64,000 nt of DNA, taken from assembly GCA_002719815.1 (NCBI GenBank), contig PBET01000001.1, forward strand, positions 131-64,130, written 5' to 3'. Made by a program: the position numbers and the translations under genes. Shown in pieces: positions 28,261 to 37,972 of the stretch. The notes beneath the pieces are model-generated. The model had not been told where the DNA came from and searched no databases. It was given only the letters and a program-made list of their open reading frames with translations. Numbering within the stretch: the first letter of the stretch is position 1; the number at the start of each line of letters is the position of its first letter. This stretch comes from Methanobacteriota archaeon (GTDB lineage Archaea > Thermoplasmatota > Poseidoniia > Poseidoniales > Poseidoniaceae).

Positions 28261-28823
28261 CTCGCATTTTCGATCAGCTGCATCAGTTCATTACGCGCTT
28301 CTTGTTTATCGAAGAAAACGCCACGCATTGCACTCGTTGTCATGAGAGCATTTTGCTTTTTGACACCACGGCATCGCATACAACCATGGGATGCTTGTAT
28401 GATTACGGCTGCTCCTAACGGGTTGAGATGTTGAACGAGATCATTGGCAACATCGTTGGTGATGCGCTCTTGGTTCTGTAGCCGTAAGGCATGATGGTCA
28501 ACGATTCGAGCCAATTTTGAAATGCCAACAATTCGATCCACAGGGATGTATGCGACATGGGCTTTGCCACTAAAGGGCTGAAGATGATGTTCACATGTTG
28601 AATGGAACTCGATATTACTTAGCAAAACAATGCCATCATAGCCTTCTGCGTTGAATGTCGCTTGCAGTATACTTTCTGCATCAGATTTGTACCCTGCAAA
28701 TACCTCATCCCAGGAATCGATTACTCTTCGTGGCGTATCTTTCAATCCTTCCCGATTTGGCTGGGAATCCAAGTATGTTAACAGCGTGAATACTGCTTCT
28801 TCTGCATCTTTTCGTGTCGTCAT
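28257..28823 (-). CDS. folE: GTP cyclohydrolase I (FolE type IA)
   Basis: 'FHSTCEHHLQPFSGKAHVAYIP' and 'VGISKLARIVDHHALRLQNQERIT'. The ORF opens at 28907, and the ATG at 28823 gives a normal 188 aa. Confidence 0.88.
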   Translation of the reverse strand: MTTRKDAEEAVFTLLTYLDSQPNREGLKDTPRRVIDSWDEVFAGYKSDAESILQATFNAEGYDGIVLLSNIEFHSTCEHHLQPFSGKAHVAYIPVDRIVGISKLARIVDHHALRLQNQERITNDVANDLVQHLNPLGAAVIIQASHGCMRCRGVKKQNALMTTSAMRGVFFDKQEARNELMQLIENAS

Positions 28824-28824
28824 A

Positions 28825-28998
28825 TTATTCACCACCAATTCGACCTTGTCGTGCATCAATACTGTCCAACTGGTCCAACAATTTCCTGCAGGCTGAACGA
28901 ATAGCATCGGCTACACTGATGAATTTCTTGTCGTCACCAACATGGCCTTTCAAATCACTGAGAAGTTCGCTCGGCATGTCTAAACTTATCTTGGGCAT
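28825..28998 (-). CDS. Ribbon-helix-helix (CopG-like) small DNA-binding protein
   Basis: 'MPKISLDMPSELLSDLKGHV...FISVADAIRSACRKLLDQL' has beta-strand plus two-helix RHH topology. It sits directly upstream of folE. The longer ORF form (to 29082) would overlap the ABC permease. Confidence 0.5.
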   Translation of the reverse strand: MPKISLDMPSELLSDLKGHVGDDKKFISVADAIRSACRKLLDQLDSIDARQGRIGGE

Positions 28999-29032
28999 AT
29001 CCAGCCCATCGTATAGTATTACTTGAAGAATA

Positions 29033-30247
29033 CTATGATTTGGTCGTGATGATGTCTTCTCGATTGAATTGTTTTGCTGCATACCGAATCGTCATGAAAC
29101 AAACAATGCTCGAAACAAGTACCCAAACAAGAACATGTTCAATGATGATTCGATTCAGGAGTAGTTCACGTAAACCGAGGAGCACATTGACGAACGGAAT
29201 TCCAAACCAAAACATTTCGACATCATCTAAATTGATGAATTGAGTTAACAGAATGGGCATGATCATTGCAAGCGTGATCGGTGTTAAGACAGAGCCTGCT
29301 TCTTTGACGGATTTTGAACGCATGGCGAGCGCAAGATACAGGGCGATCACCATCGTACCGTAAAATGCAACAGCGAGCGCGAGGAGAAGTATCGCAAAAA
29401 TGCTTAACGAAGGTACATCGATGAAATCACTGGCAAGGTATGCGATTCCAAACAATAAGCCTGTTATTTGCAAAGTTACACCAACAGCGGTAATCGAGAC
29501 AACGGCTAACCATTTTCCTAAGAGTAATTCAGATCTCGATAACGGAAGGCTGAGAAGTGATTCCAATGTCCCACGTTCTCGTTCTCCAACCGTCATGTCG
29601 ATTGATGGTTGAACTGCTGCACTTGCCGTCCATATCGCTAGAACGAATGGAATGAAGAGTGATAACAACATGCCTGCTTGTTCTCCTTTTGTAGCAACAT
29701 CAGCATCTGCGATCGTACCGTCCCATCGCACTGGATTTAGGGTTGAATCAACATCGAGACCAGCTGATTCGATTCGCTCCGAAGTTAGATTTTCCTCCCA
29801 TTGGATAAGAACGTCGAGGATTCTACTACGTGCTTCATTTGATTGTTCGGAAGTAGAAAGATGAAGAATCGCATAATACCATGTATCGTTTCGTTGTTCC
29901 ATTCGAAGTATAGCATCATACTCCATATTACGCAATCGTTCAGTATCATTACCCGAATCTGAGAGGGTCAACAGATTCGCCGGCATTGCTTCAGTTGTAG
30001 TCAATGCAGATTGATTTTCGATTTCCATAATCAATGAGGTTTCAATTTCATCGGATTGAATCAAGACATGTACTGTTTTTTCATTCAGTTCGGCAGCTTC
30101 ATTTTGCATCACGATGGGAAAAGCGATGAAGAGAAGTGGAAAGAGAAGAAGTGGAATAAGGACCAGTGCAACAATCGTCCGCCAATCTCGAACGAATTCG
30201 ATGATTTCTTTCTTGGCAACGATGATGATTCGCTTTCGACTATTCAT
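29033..30247 (-). CDS. ABC-2-type transporter permease (NatB-like)
   Basis: 404 aa with an N-terminal TM helix, a large extracytoplasmic loop and five C-terminal TM helices. It is coupled to the upstream ATPase gene. Confidence 0.7.
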   Translation of the reverse strand: MNSRKRIIIVAKKEIIEFVRDWRTIVALVLIPLLLFPLLFIAFPIVMQNEAAELNEKTVHVLIQSDEIETSLIMEIENQSALTTTEAMPANLLTLSDSGNDTERLRNMEYDAILRMEQRNDTWYYAILHLSTSEQSNEARSRILDVLIQWEENLTSERIESAGLDVDSTLNPVRWDGTIADADVATKGEQAGMLLSLFIPFVLAIWTASAAVQPSIDMTVGERERGTLESLLSLPLSRSELLLGKWLAVVSITAVGVTLQITGLLFGIAYLASDFIDVPSLSIFAILLLALAVAFYGTMVIALYLALAMRSKSVKEAGSVLTPITLAMIMPILLTQFINLDDVEMFWFGIPFVNVLLGLRELLLNRIIIEHVLVWVLVSSIVCFMTIRYAAKQFNREDIITTKS

Positions 30248-31076
30248 CCTCGTTCACCTCCAGCGATGATGACGGTGTGAAGAGTCGCCTCCACATCGCA
30301 GAAATTTTCGATGTTTTTTCGGTTTCTTCCATCCTTGGACGAGCAGTTTCTCTTGTCAATGAAACGTATGCCTCTTCGAGTGTTGAGGTTTGTGTTAGTT
30401 CGAGTAATTCCTTTGGCGTACCATCTGCCTGGATGATTCCGTTATGAACAATGATGATTCGATCGCACACCTGTTGCGCTTCTGCTAAGTGATGTGTTGA
30501 ATAAACGACAGTTCCTCCTTCATCCTTCAATTTCCTTACCAATTTACGAACTGTTCTCGCAGATGTAACATCGAGGCCTCCTGTTGGTTCATCGAGAAGA
30601 AGAATTTGAGGGCCATGTGCTAGTGCGCGTAAAAGCGCTGTTTTTTGTTTCATTCCACGGGAGAAACCTTCAGTATAACGATGTAAAGATCCATCAATGT
30701 CGAGCAACTTGGCAAAACGATAGGTGCGGTTCCAAGCCAATTGGTCATCGATTCCATGTAGTCTGCTGTGGTATCGAATGTTTTCCCATGCAGTAAGTTT
30801 GGAATACAAACCTGTGGATTCTGGAACGACGCCGAGGACGGAACGCATTTCTGTAACAGGACGGTCATTATCTAAGTTGACCGATCCTTCTGTCGGACGA
30901 TATACACCAGACATGAGTCGCAACAATGTTGTTTTTCCAGCACCATTGCCGCCAACCAAACCAATAACCGAATTTTTGTAAATATTGAGATTGACATGCT
31001 CAATGGCTTGCACATCACCAAAGGATTTCTTGACATCCTTGAGGCAAAGAAGGGGTTCCATTTGAGACACTCTCAA
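30240..31076 (-). CDS. ABC transporter ATP-binding protein
   Basis: Walker A 'GGNGAGKTT', signature 'FSRGMKQK' and Walker B 'ILLLDEPTGGLD'. Confidence 0.9.
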   Translation of the reverse strand: MRVSQMEPLLCLKDVKKSFGDVQAIEHVNLNIYKNSVIGLVGGNGAGKTTLLRLMSGVYRPTEGSVNLDNDRPVTEMRSVLGVVPESTGLYSKLTAWENIRYHSRLHGIDDQLAWNRTYRFAKLLDIDGSLHRYTEGFSRGMKQKTALLRALAHGPQILLLDEPTGGLDVTSARTVRKLVRKLKDEGGTVVYSTHHLAEAQQVCDRIIIVHNGIIQADGTPKELLELTQTSTLEEAYVSLTRETARPRMEETEKTSKISAMWRRLFTPSSSLEVNEDE

Positions 31077-31432
31077 GATGCACGTCCACTTTCAACAGCG
31101 AAATCCAAACCTGGATGCTTCTCTTCCAAACGCTTTGCTCGGTCGAGTGTGTTGCGTAATTCTTGTTGGATTTCTTTTTGTGATACGCCCATTTCTATGA
31201 GTGTTCCTATGAGTTCAAAGGCACCTTGAACAGCCCCTGCGTCAAGAAAAGCTTCATTGGAAATCGTACCATTGAGTCTGAGTGTCTCTAATTGTTGAGC
31301 AAGAAATTCTGACTCTTGACGAATTCGAGGTCCAGCGATGTGCGGTAGGGCCATGAGGTGGTCGATGCAGCTTCTCATCATCTCGGAGAACTCAAGGACG
31401 ATTATGAGCATTCTGTTGGTTATTCCTCTCAT
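31073..31432 (-). CDS. Hypothetical helical protein
   Basis: 119 aa with ATGA-type overlaps to both neighbours (mce upstream, ABC ATPase downstream). No family recognised. Confidence 0.4.
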   Translation of the reverse strand: MRGITNRMLIIVLEFSEMMRSCIDHLMALPHIAGPRIRQESEFLAQQLETLRLNGTISNEAFLDAGAVQGAFELIGTLIEMGVSQKEIQQELRNTLDRAKRLEEKHPGLDFAVESGRAS

Positions 31433-31857
31433 CGTTGTTTCAATTCAATGAGGATTCCGCCAGTACTTTTAGGATGGACAAACGCTATCATGGAATCATG
31501 TGCGCCCTTTCTTGGCGTTTCATCGATCATATTGATTCCATTTGCGATGAGGTGGGCAATCATTGCTTCTAAATTGTCGACAGCTAGACAAAGTTGTTGA
31601 ATTCCTGGGCCACGTTTCTGTAGAAATTTACCAATCGGCGTCTCCGGCCCTGTTGGTTCCAAAATTTCGATATTCGTTTCAGAATGTTCGACTTGGCCAA
31701 GAGGAAAGAAACGAGTTACAACACCCTGATCCTCAACACGGTCGTCTTCACCTTTTGCTGTTAGCCCAATAAGTTTCCAAAATCGACTTCCTTCATCAAG
31801 AGAGTTTGATGCGATTCCAATATGGTCGATTGTGATGGTTTGTTTCATTGATTTCAC
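31429..31857 (-). CDS. mce: Methylmalonyl-CoA epimerase (VOC/glyoxalase fold)
   Basis: 'IDHIGIASNSLDE', 'IEILEPTGPETPIGKFLQKRGPGIQQLCLAV' and 'IAFVHPKSTGGILIEL'. Confidence 0.85.
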   Translation of the reverse strand: MKSMKQTITIDHIGIASNSLDEGSRFWKLIGLTAKGEDDRVEDQGVVTRFFPLGQVEHSETNIEILEPTGPETPIGKFLQKRGPGIQQLCLAVDNLEAMIAHLIANGINMIDETPRKGAHDSMIAFVHPKSTGGILIELKQR

Positions 31858-33432
31858 CTAAAATCCACTGGGTGCGGAATACGTTCCGAAAACTTGTTTC
31901 ATGGCTGCCATTATCTCGCCAAGTGTCGCATTCTTTCGGACTGCTTCTAGAATCAATGGGAATAGATTGCTACCATCTTCTGAAGCTGTGGAAATTTTTT
32001 CGAGGATTAACTGAACCGCTTCCGTGTTTCTACTCGCTCGTAATTCATTCAATCGCTGCACTTGATTTTGGGCAACTTCTGGATTCAATTTCATAGGTTG
32101 AATTGCGAGTTGTTCATCCATTGTGCCGTGATTGACGCCAACAATACGCCGTTCGCCACGCTCGATTTCATTGAAATATCGATAAGCAGTCGTATGGATT
32201 TCTTGTTGCTGATAACCTTGTTCAATGGCCTTCAACGCACCACCAAGTGCTTCGATCTTCTCAATTTCTTTGCGTGCACGATCATACATTTCATCGGTTA
32301 ATGCCTCGATGTGATATGAACCGGCAAATGGATCGACAACGTCAGCAACACCCGATTCTTCCGCGATGATTTGTTGTGTTCGCAATGCAATTGTTGCACT
32401 TTCTTCAGTTGGTAAGCCAAGTGCTTCATCGTAACTGTTGGTGTGAAGGCTTTGTGTTCCACCACACACTGCAGCAAGTGCTTGGATGGTAACACGGGTG
32501 ATGTTATTGAGTGGTTGTTGTGCGGTGAGCGATACGCCAGCTACTTGGGTATGAAACCGTAATTTCGTTGACCTTGCATTCTTGGGATTGTATCGTTCAG
32601 TCATTAAGTCATGCCATAGTCGCCTTGCCGCTCGAAACTTCGAAACCTCCTCTAGGAAATCATTGTGACAATTGAAGAAGAACGATAAACGAGGTGCAAA
32701 TTTGTCGACATCAAGTCCTTTGTCAAGTGCAGAATCGACATATGCCAAGGCATTTGATAGTGTGAACGCAAGCTCTTGAACCGCAGTTGAACCAGCCTCG
32801 CGGATATGGTATCCTGAAATTGAGATTGTATTCCACCTTGGAATGTGTTCAGAGCAAAATTCGAAAATATCTGTAATCAAACGCATCGAGTGGTTTGGTG
32901 GGAAAACATACGTACCACGTGCAATGTATTCCTTGAGAATATCGTTTTGTATTGTACCAGAAATATCTTCCGTTGAAACCCCTTGCTCTTCGGCTACAAC
33001 ACAATACATCGCAAGGAGTACAATTGCAGGTGCATTAATCGTCATCGATGTCGAGACTTTATCGAGAGGAATTTGGTCGAAAAGGTCACGCATATCTTGA
33101 AGACATGAGATCGAAACACCGACCTTTCCTACTTCTCCTTGACTGAGTGAATCATCAGCATCAAGACCGAGTTGCGTAGGCAGATCGAATGCTACCGACA
33201 GTCCCTTTTGTCCGCGGTCGAGGAGTAATCGAAATCGTTCGTTCGTTTCTTTCGCAGATGAGAAACCAGCATATTGTCGCATTGTCCATAATCGGGAGCG
33301 GTACATTTGTTCATGAATTCCTCGAGTGTATGGTGGTTGGCCTGGTCGTTCTGTTGAATCATCTGGGTTGTGATAGGCCGGTATGGGTAGCCCGCCGAGC
33401 GTTTCCCATGAGGCTTTTCTTAGGTCGACCAT
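31858..33432 (-). CDS. mcmA: Methylmalonyl-CoA mutase, large (catalytic) subunit
   Basis: 'YTRGIHEQMYRSRLWTMRQYAGF', 'GLSVAFDLPTQLG' and 'TNSYDEALGLPTEES'. The ORF opens at 33558, but that would overlap the upstream FKBP gene by 101 nt. ATG 33432 is proposed, and the start remains uncertain. Confidence 0.88.
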   Translation of the reverse strand: MVDLRKASWETLGGLPIPAYHNPDDSTERPGQPPYTRGIHEQMYRSRLWTMRQYAGFSSAKETNERFRLLLDRGQKGLSVAFDLPTQLGLDADDSLSQGEVGKVGVSISCLQDMRDLFDQIPLDKVSTSMTINAPAIVLLAMYCVVAEEQGVSTEDISGTIQNDILKEYIARGTYVFPPNHSMRLITDIFEFCSEHIPRWNTISISGYHIREAGSTAVQELAFTLSNALAYVDSALDKGLDVDKFAPRLSFFFNCHNDFLEEVSKFRAARRLWHDLMTERYNPKNARSTKLRFHTQVAGVSLTAQQPLNNITRVTIQALAAVCGGTQSLHTNSYDEALGLPTEESATIALRTQQIIAEESGVADVVDPFAGSYHIEALTDEMYDRARKEIEKIEALGGALKAIEQGYQQQEIHTTAYRYFNEIERGERRIVGVNHGTMDEQLAIQPMKLNPEVAQNQVQRLNELRASRNTEAVQLILEKISTASEDGSNLFPLILEAVRKNATLGEIMAAMKQVFGTYSAPSGF

Positions 33433-33457
33433 GATGTAACCATGCGAAGGCGATTCA

Positions 33458-33946
33458 TCAATTCTCGCATTCGTCAGCGTTCGTGGTTCCTGGTCCATGT
33501 GCATGGCCATGGTCCAATTCGTCAACTTTAGCTTCTCGGACATCAACAACTTCGACACTAAATACGAGTGTTTGACCTGCGAGTTTATGGTTGAAATCTA
33601 CGGTGACGATATCACCTTCAACTGATACAACATTGAACGGACCAACATCCGACATAAGGGTCATTCCCGGTTCAGGAGGAATATCGCCAAACATTGCTCT
33701 CGGAATTTGTTGAACTGCTTCGGGTATTCGAGGCCCATAGGCTCGTTCTGGTTCGAGTGTGAAGGTACGACGCTCTCCTTTCTTAGCGCCCATCAACTCT
33801 TCTTCAAAGCCAGGAATCATTTGCTTGTGTCCAACAAGGAATGTCAGTGGATCTCGCCCTTCACTGCTATCGAATACTTCGCCAGATTCAGGTAGTGTTC
33901 CAGTATAATGCACAGAAGCAACAGCATCTTTCTCAATTACGGCCAT
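33458..33946 (-). CDS. FKBP-type peptidyl-prolyl isomerase, SlyD-like with His-rich tail
   Basis: 'VHYTGTLPESGEVFDSS', 'FLVGHKQMIPGFEEELMGAKKGE', an insert-in-flap segment and the C-terminal 'HGHAHGPG'. Confidence 0.85.
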   Translation of the reverse strand: MAVIEKDAVASVHYTGTLPESGEVFDSSEGRDPLTFLVGHKQMIPGFEEELMGAKKGERRTFTLEPERAYGPRIPEAVQQIPRAMFGDIPPEPGMTLMSDVGPFNVVSVEGDIVTVDFNHKLAGQTLVFSVEVVDVREAKVDELDHGHAHGPGTTNADECEN

Positions 33947-33950
33947 ATTT

Positions 33951-34871
33951 TCATCTCCTAGTCGTGAGAGCCTTGACGAGGTCCTTTAGTTGTTGAGCAA
34001 TATCTTCACTGATAATGAGTTGTTCTTGTTTCTCTTCAATGAACTCAAAACTTGCATCGACGCCAATGCGCTCACCTTTCGCCCAGATTTGGCCGAGTAG
34101 ATTGGATCGGTGTTCATCACCGACTCGCTCATCAGATAAGATGTCACGAGCAGCATATTTGTAATCGTTGTACCGCTGACGATTCAGTTTTTTCACCTTT
34201 GGTTGACGGCCTCCGCCAGAATCATCATGACGAGATCTTCTCCGTCGACCTTCACGCTTCTTCGGCGTTTGTGTGACGATTTGTTTGAATACATTTTTTG
34301 AAACAGTTATTGCCTCTTCTTTAACAGGATTGGGTTCTATTGAATCAACTGTTGCTGTTTCGAATTCTTCGATTTGAACTTCTTGCGTAGGAGTTTCAAC
34401 TACATCAACAGTTTCTGGCTGTGGAGCAATAGGCTCCAGAATGGATTCGGTTTTTTTGACAGATTCTTGCGATTGCTTTCGTAGTTCTGCGAGGCGATCG
34501 GCTCTCGAAATAGATTGTTTTGAATCCACAGTGGTTGTTGCGTGAAGTGCGCTTGAATTCACTGCTGGTTTTTGTACAACTGGAGTAGGGGCTGTTGCCG
34601 TAGAACCCAATCGACGTCGAGCCTCTTCCTGTTTTTTTCTGAGTTCATCTTGATCGACAGATTGTCGAGGCGCGGGTCGACCTTGAGCAGAAGACTGGGG
34701 AGTTGAAACATGACTGCGCTCACTTCGTTTCTTCTGGCGTACTTGATTGGCATTCGCAGCGAATGGGTTGAATGGCTCATCCGGTTTTCTGCGACGGTCT
34801 CGAATTATGAATCCCCCAGTAATGAAACCTCTATGCCGACTTGTTAAAAACAATCCGATAGAAATGGTCAA
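33951..34871 (-). CDS. Hypothetical basic protein, largely disordered, with a folded ~80-aa C-terminal domain
   Basis: 306 aa, Arg/Lys/Gln/Pro-rich and low-complexity until about aa 220. The helical 'YKYAARDILSDERVGDEHRSNLLGQIWAKGERIG...' segment follows. Its start overlaps the kae1 stop (ATGA). Confidence 0.5.
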   Translation of the reverse strand: MTISIGLFLTSRHRGFITGGFIIRDRRRKPDEPFNPFAANANQVRQKKRSERSHVSTPQSSAQGRPAPRQSVDQDELRKKQEEARRRLGSTATAPTPVVQKPAVNSSALHATTTVDSKQSISRADRLAELRKQSQESVKKTESILEPIAPQPETVDVVETPTQEVQIEEFETATVDSIEPNPVKEEAITVSKNVFKQIVTQTPKKREGRRRRSRHDDSGGGRQPKVKKLNRQRYNDYKYAARDILSDERVGDEHRSNLLGQIWAKGERIGVDASFEFIEEKQEQLIISEDIAQQLKDLVKALTTRR

Positions 34872-35884
34872 CTCCAGTTGACTGGCGTGTCATCTGTCCT
34901 CATGTATTGATCAATTCCACTCGACTCGAATGGAGTTTTGCGTCCATGCTTAAGTTCAATATACCCCAAGAGGCCAATCATCGTCCCATTATCGATACAA
35001 TACATCCTTGGAGGTGCATGCGATGTTGATTCACGTTCTGTAGCCATAAGCGTTGACATTTCTCGCAAGCGATTGTTGCAGGCTACGCCTCCACCAAGAA
35101 GAACTTCCTTCTTGCCACTATGTGCAAGTGCTCGCTCAGCCACTTCGATGCATGCAGCGAATGCATGCTCCTGTAGTGACCAACAAACTGCGCCCAATGA
35201 ATGTCCCTTTTCGATAAGGCGCTGTGCCGCAGTTAAAATTCCTGAAAAGGCAAGATCCATTCCTCGTACAGGGTAAGGTAATTCCAATCCGTCGAGTGTA
35301 GCATCTGGATTCTCGTCGATGTAGGCTTTGGCAAGTTTTTCGATTACCGGGCCTCCTGGGAAAGGAATACCTTGTTGCCGAGCGAACTTATCGAGCATGT
35401 TACCAATACCGATGTCAAGAGTTTCGCCAAGAACTCTATATTTTCCTTGTAATTTAGCAATGACTTGTGTATTGCCTCCACTAACATAGAGTAAAACTGG
35501 GTCATCACATTCACATTGTTGTCGACCAATTTCAATATGAGCTACACAATGATTAACGCCGATGAGGGGAACATCAAGCCTGCTGGACAATGTTCTTGCA
35601 ACTGATGCTCCAATTCTTAGGCATGGTCCAAGGCCTGGTCCTTGTGAGTATGCAATCGCTCCAATGTCAGCGGTAGTGAGTTGTTGAGACTCAAGCACGC
35701 GATGGAACAGTTCTCCTGCATAATCACGGTGATGATCTGCAGCCTCTCTTGGATGGATGCCACCTTCAAGAGGCTTAATTGTGTCTCCAACAGAAGGGTA
35801 TGGTATGCCGTTAGGATCGACGAGCCCAAACGAAAATGTATGTGCAGTGGATTCAATACCAATGGTCCATTTTCCATCGCTCAT
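34868..35884 (-). CDS. kae1: tRNA N6-adenosine threonylcarbamoyltransferase Kae1 (KEOPS catalytic subunit), not fused to Bud32
   Basis: 'IGIESTAHTFSFGLVD', 'GGIHPREAADHH', 'IAYSQGPGLGPCLRIG' and 'LGGGVACNNRLREM'. The ORF opens at 35929, and the ATG at 35884 is likely. Confidence 0.9.
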   Translation of the reverse strand: MSDGKWTIGIESTAHTFSFGLVDPNGIPYPSVGDTIKPLEGGIHPREAADHHRDYAGELFHRVLESQQLTTADIGAIAYSQGPGLGPCLRIGASVARTLSSRLDVPLIGVNHCVAHIEIGRQQCECDDPVLLYVSGGNTQVIAKLQGKYRVLGETLDIGIGNMLDKFARQQGIPFPGGPVIEKLAKAYIDENPDATLDGLELPYPVRGMDLAFSGILTAAQRLIEKGHSLGAVCWSLQEHAFAACIEVAERALAHSGKKEVLLGGGVACNNRLREMSTLMATERESTSHAPPRMYCIDNGTMIGLLGYIELKHGRKTPFESSGIDQYMRTDDTPVNWS

Positions 35885-35934
35885 GGTTACCCGAGCATGC
35901 GATTGTTCTTCAACCCTCACCTTTTGCAAGAACT

Positions 35935-37137
35935 ATGCGAACCATATTTCACAACATTGGTTCGATTCAAACAATGAATGAAAATAATTCATTAATTAAA
36001 GGAAAAAATATTATTGTAAAAGACAATGTTATCGAGGATGTTGTGGATTCAATAGACGAATTTGAATCATCAGACGTTGAATTCATTGATGTTGGCGAGC
36101 GTGCAATTATTCCAGGACTTATTGATGCACACAACCATCTTGTCTGGGCTGGTGATCGATTCAATGAGCATCGGTTGCGAATGGAAGGGAAAACCTATGC
36201 AGATATCGCAAGTATGGGAGGAGGCATCATGCAAACTGTCAATTCAACTCGAAATGCTACAGATGAACAATTGTATTCAATCGGTATGCAACGAATGAAA
36301 CAAGCTCTCCAGAATGGTGTCACATTTCTTGAAGCTAAATCAGGCTATGGACTTTCAACGAAAGAAGAATTGCGTCTACTGAACATCGTCGACCGACTTA
36401 AGAATGAATCGAATCTTCCATCTATTCACTCAACATGGATGGGCGCTCATGCTGTGACTCCAGACCATACCTATGCGTCGTATACCGAGGAAATTTTGTC
36501 TGAACAATTGCCAGAGGTTTTGGATTCTAATCTAGCAGAATCGGCCGATGTTTTCTGCGAACCTGGTTGGTTCAACATTGAACAATCAGAAGATATTTTG
36601 CGCGCATCAAGACAAGGTGGCTTGGACTTACGAATGCACGTAGATGAATTTTCGGATGGCGGAGGAGGCGAACTTGCTGCTGAACTACAAGTTCGTACAG
36701 CAGATCATGCTCACCATACGCCTTCTGATACGAGGCAAAAAATGAACGATGCGGGCGTAATGACTGGATTTTTACCAGGTACGCCGTATTGCAATGGTGA
36801 TGCGTGGCCAGATTTCAATGATGCAATTGAATGTGGCATCCAATTCACCCTAGCATCCGACTTTAATCCGAATTGTTACATCAACAGCATTCCTTTCATT
36901 GGATCTTTGGCTGTTCAGAAGAATGGAATGGACCCTTATCATGCACTTTCGTGTGTAACTCGTATGGCTGCTCGATCTACACCTCGAACCGATGGCCTTG
37001 AACATGGAGTAATCGAAAAAGGTGCAGTAGCGAATTTCAATATTCTCAAGAGCAAGCACTGGGAGAGTTGGTGCATGATGCCATCATCATCTCCCGTTCA
37101 ATCAGTGTGTCTCGAAGGGCAGCATATTGAATTTTGA
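35935..37137 (+). CDS. hutI: Imidazolonepropionase
   Basis: 'TIFHNIGSIQTM' N-terminus, 'IIPGLIDAHNHLVWAGDR', 'GGGIMQTVNSTR' and 'TADHAHH'. The ORF opens at 35836, inside kae1, so ATG 35935 is chosen. Confidence 0.88.
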   Translation: MRTIFHNIGSIQTMNENNSLIKGKNIIVKDNVIEDVVDSIDEFESSDVEFIDVGERAIIPGLIDAHNHLVWAGDRFNEHRLRMEGKTYADIASMGGGIMQTVNSTRNATDEQLYSIGMQRMKQALQNGVTFLEAKSGYGLSTKEELRLLNIVDRLKNESNLPSIHSTWMGAHAVTPDHTYASYTEEILSEQLPEVLDSNLAESADVFCEPGWFNIEQSEDILRASRQGGLDLRMHVDEFSDGGGGELAAELQVRTADHAHHTPSDTRQKMNDAGVMTGFLPGTPYCNGDAWPDFNDAIECGIQFTLASDFNPNCYINSIPFIGSLAVQKNGMDPYHALSCVTRMAARSTPRTDGLEHGVIEKGAVANFNILKSKHWESWCMMPSSSPVQSVCLEGQHIEF

Positions 37138-37199
37138 AGATTAATTATCTCAGCATTACTATAATTTAACTCTATTTGAAATATATTTGGTGAGTATTC

Positions 37200-37535
37200 A
37201 TGGCTTGGTTGGAAACGGTTGTTTGTTCTTCACAGAAAAAAGTCGATGCGAGATTTTTGAGAATTCTGAATGCTCACCAAGAACTCAAACGTCGACAAGA
37301 CGGATGTATCATGGCATGGGCTGCGAGATCTGTTGATGGTCAGCCATTATTTCTGGTGCAATCATTGTACAAGTCACGTAAGAACATGAAGAGCATTTCA
37401 AAAATGGTTGCTACGAAGCTGGATCCTGAACATGGACCACTTGAAAGTTTCATGAGTGGGCCTCCACTTGTTGGAATATTCGAAGTAGATGAGGTCCAAT
37501 TCCTTGAACAGTTCAAACAGGGCGAGGATTCGTGA
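37200..37535 (+). CDS. Hypothetical protein (possible ABM/Dabb-like alpha+beta barrel)
   Basis: 111 aa, with only a weak resemblance to the antibiotic-biosynthesis-monooxygenase fold pattern. Confidence 0.35.
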   Translation: MAWLETVVCSSQKKVDARFLRILNAHQELKRRQDGCIMAWAARSVDGQPLFLVQSLYKSRKNMKSISKMVATKLDPEHGPLESFMSGPPLVGIFEVDEVQFLEQFKQGEDS

Positions 37536-37761
37536 CCCTTCCTGTCGCATAATGGTAGTTATACGACATTTCTAACGTAGTTGCGAAACATATCGTTGCT
37601 AATATGCTCTCGATTTTGACGCAGTACAACGTTTTCCTATCTAAAATTCCAAAGAACATTCAATAAATCCAATATTCACCCCAAAAAGTAGGGGGTCTAA
37701 CCATGAAATTTACACTTTTTTGGCCAAAGAGTTCATACATATCCTTCGGTGAGCATCTGTT

Positions 37762-37914
37762 ATGACTGTAATCGAGGGATTTTGTATGAAATGCAAAACA
37801 TATGGTCCGATCAAGAACGGGAAAAAAATTGTAATGTCAAATGGGCGTACTCGATTTGCAGGTAACTGTTCCCAACCGAATTGCTCAGGTCGGATTTCAA
37901 AGATCATATCGTAA
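37762..37914 (+). CDS. DUF5679-type small zinc-ribbon protein
   Basis: Not in the ORF track (50 aa). My translation is MTVIEGFCMKCKTYGPIKNGKKIVMSNGRTRFAGNCSQPNCSGRISKIIS. The CxxC...CxxxxC layout and 'MKNGRxxxxGxC' core are typical of this family. Confidence 0.6.
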   Translation: MTVIEGFCMKCKTYGPIKNGKKIVMSNGRTRFAGNCSQPNCSGRISKIIS

Positions 37915-37972
37915 TCTGAAAATGCCCATACCGATGTGAATAAATACGCGTCGGTGGTGGGAAGAATACCTA

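Noticed and set aside
33433-33558. Extended N-terminus of methylmalonyl-CoA mutase overlapping the FKBP gene by 101 nt
   Set aside because: A same-strand overlap of 101 nt is implausible in this otherwise tidy operon. An internal ATG at 33432 leaves the conserved mutase core intact, but this is unverified.
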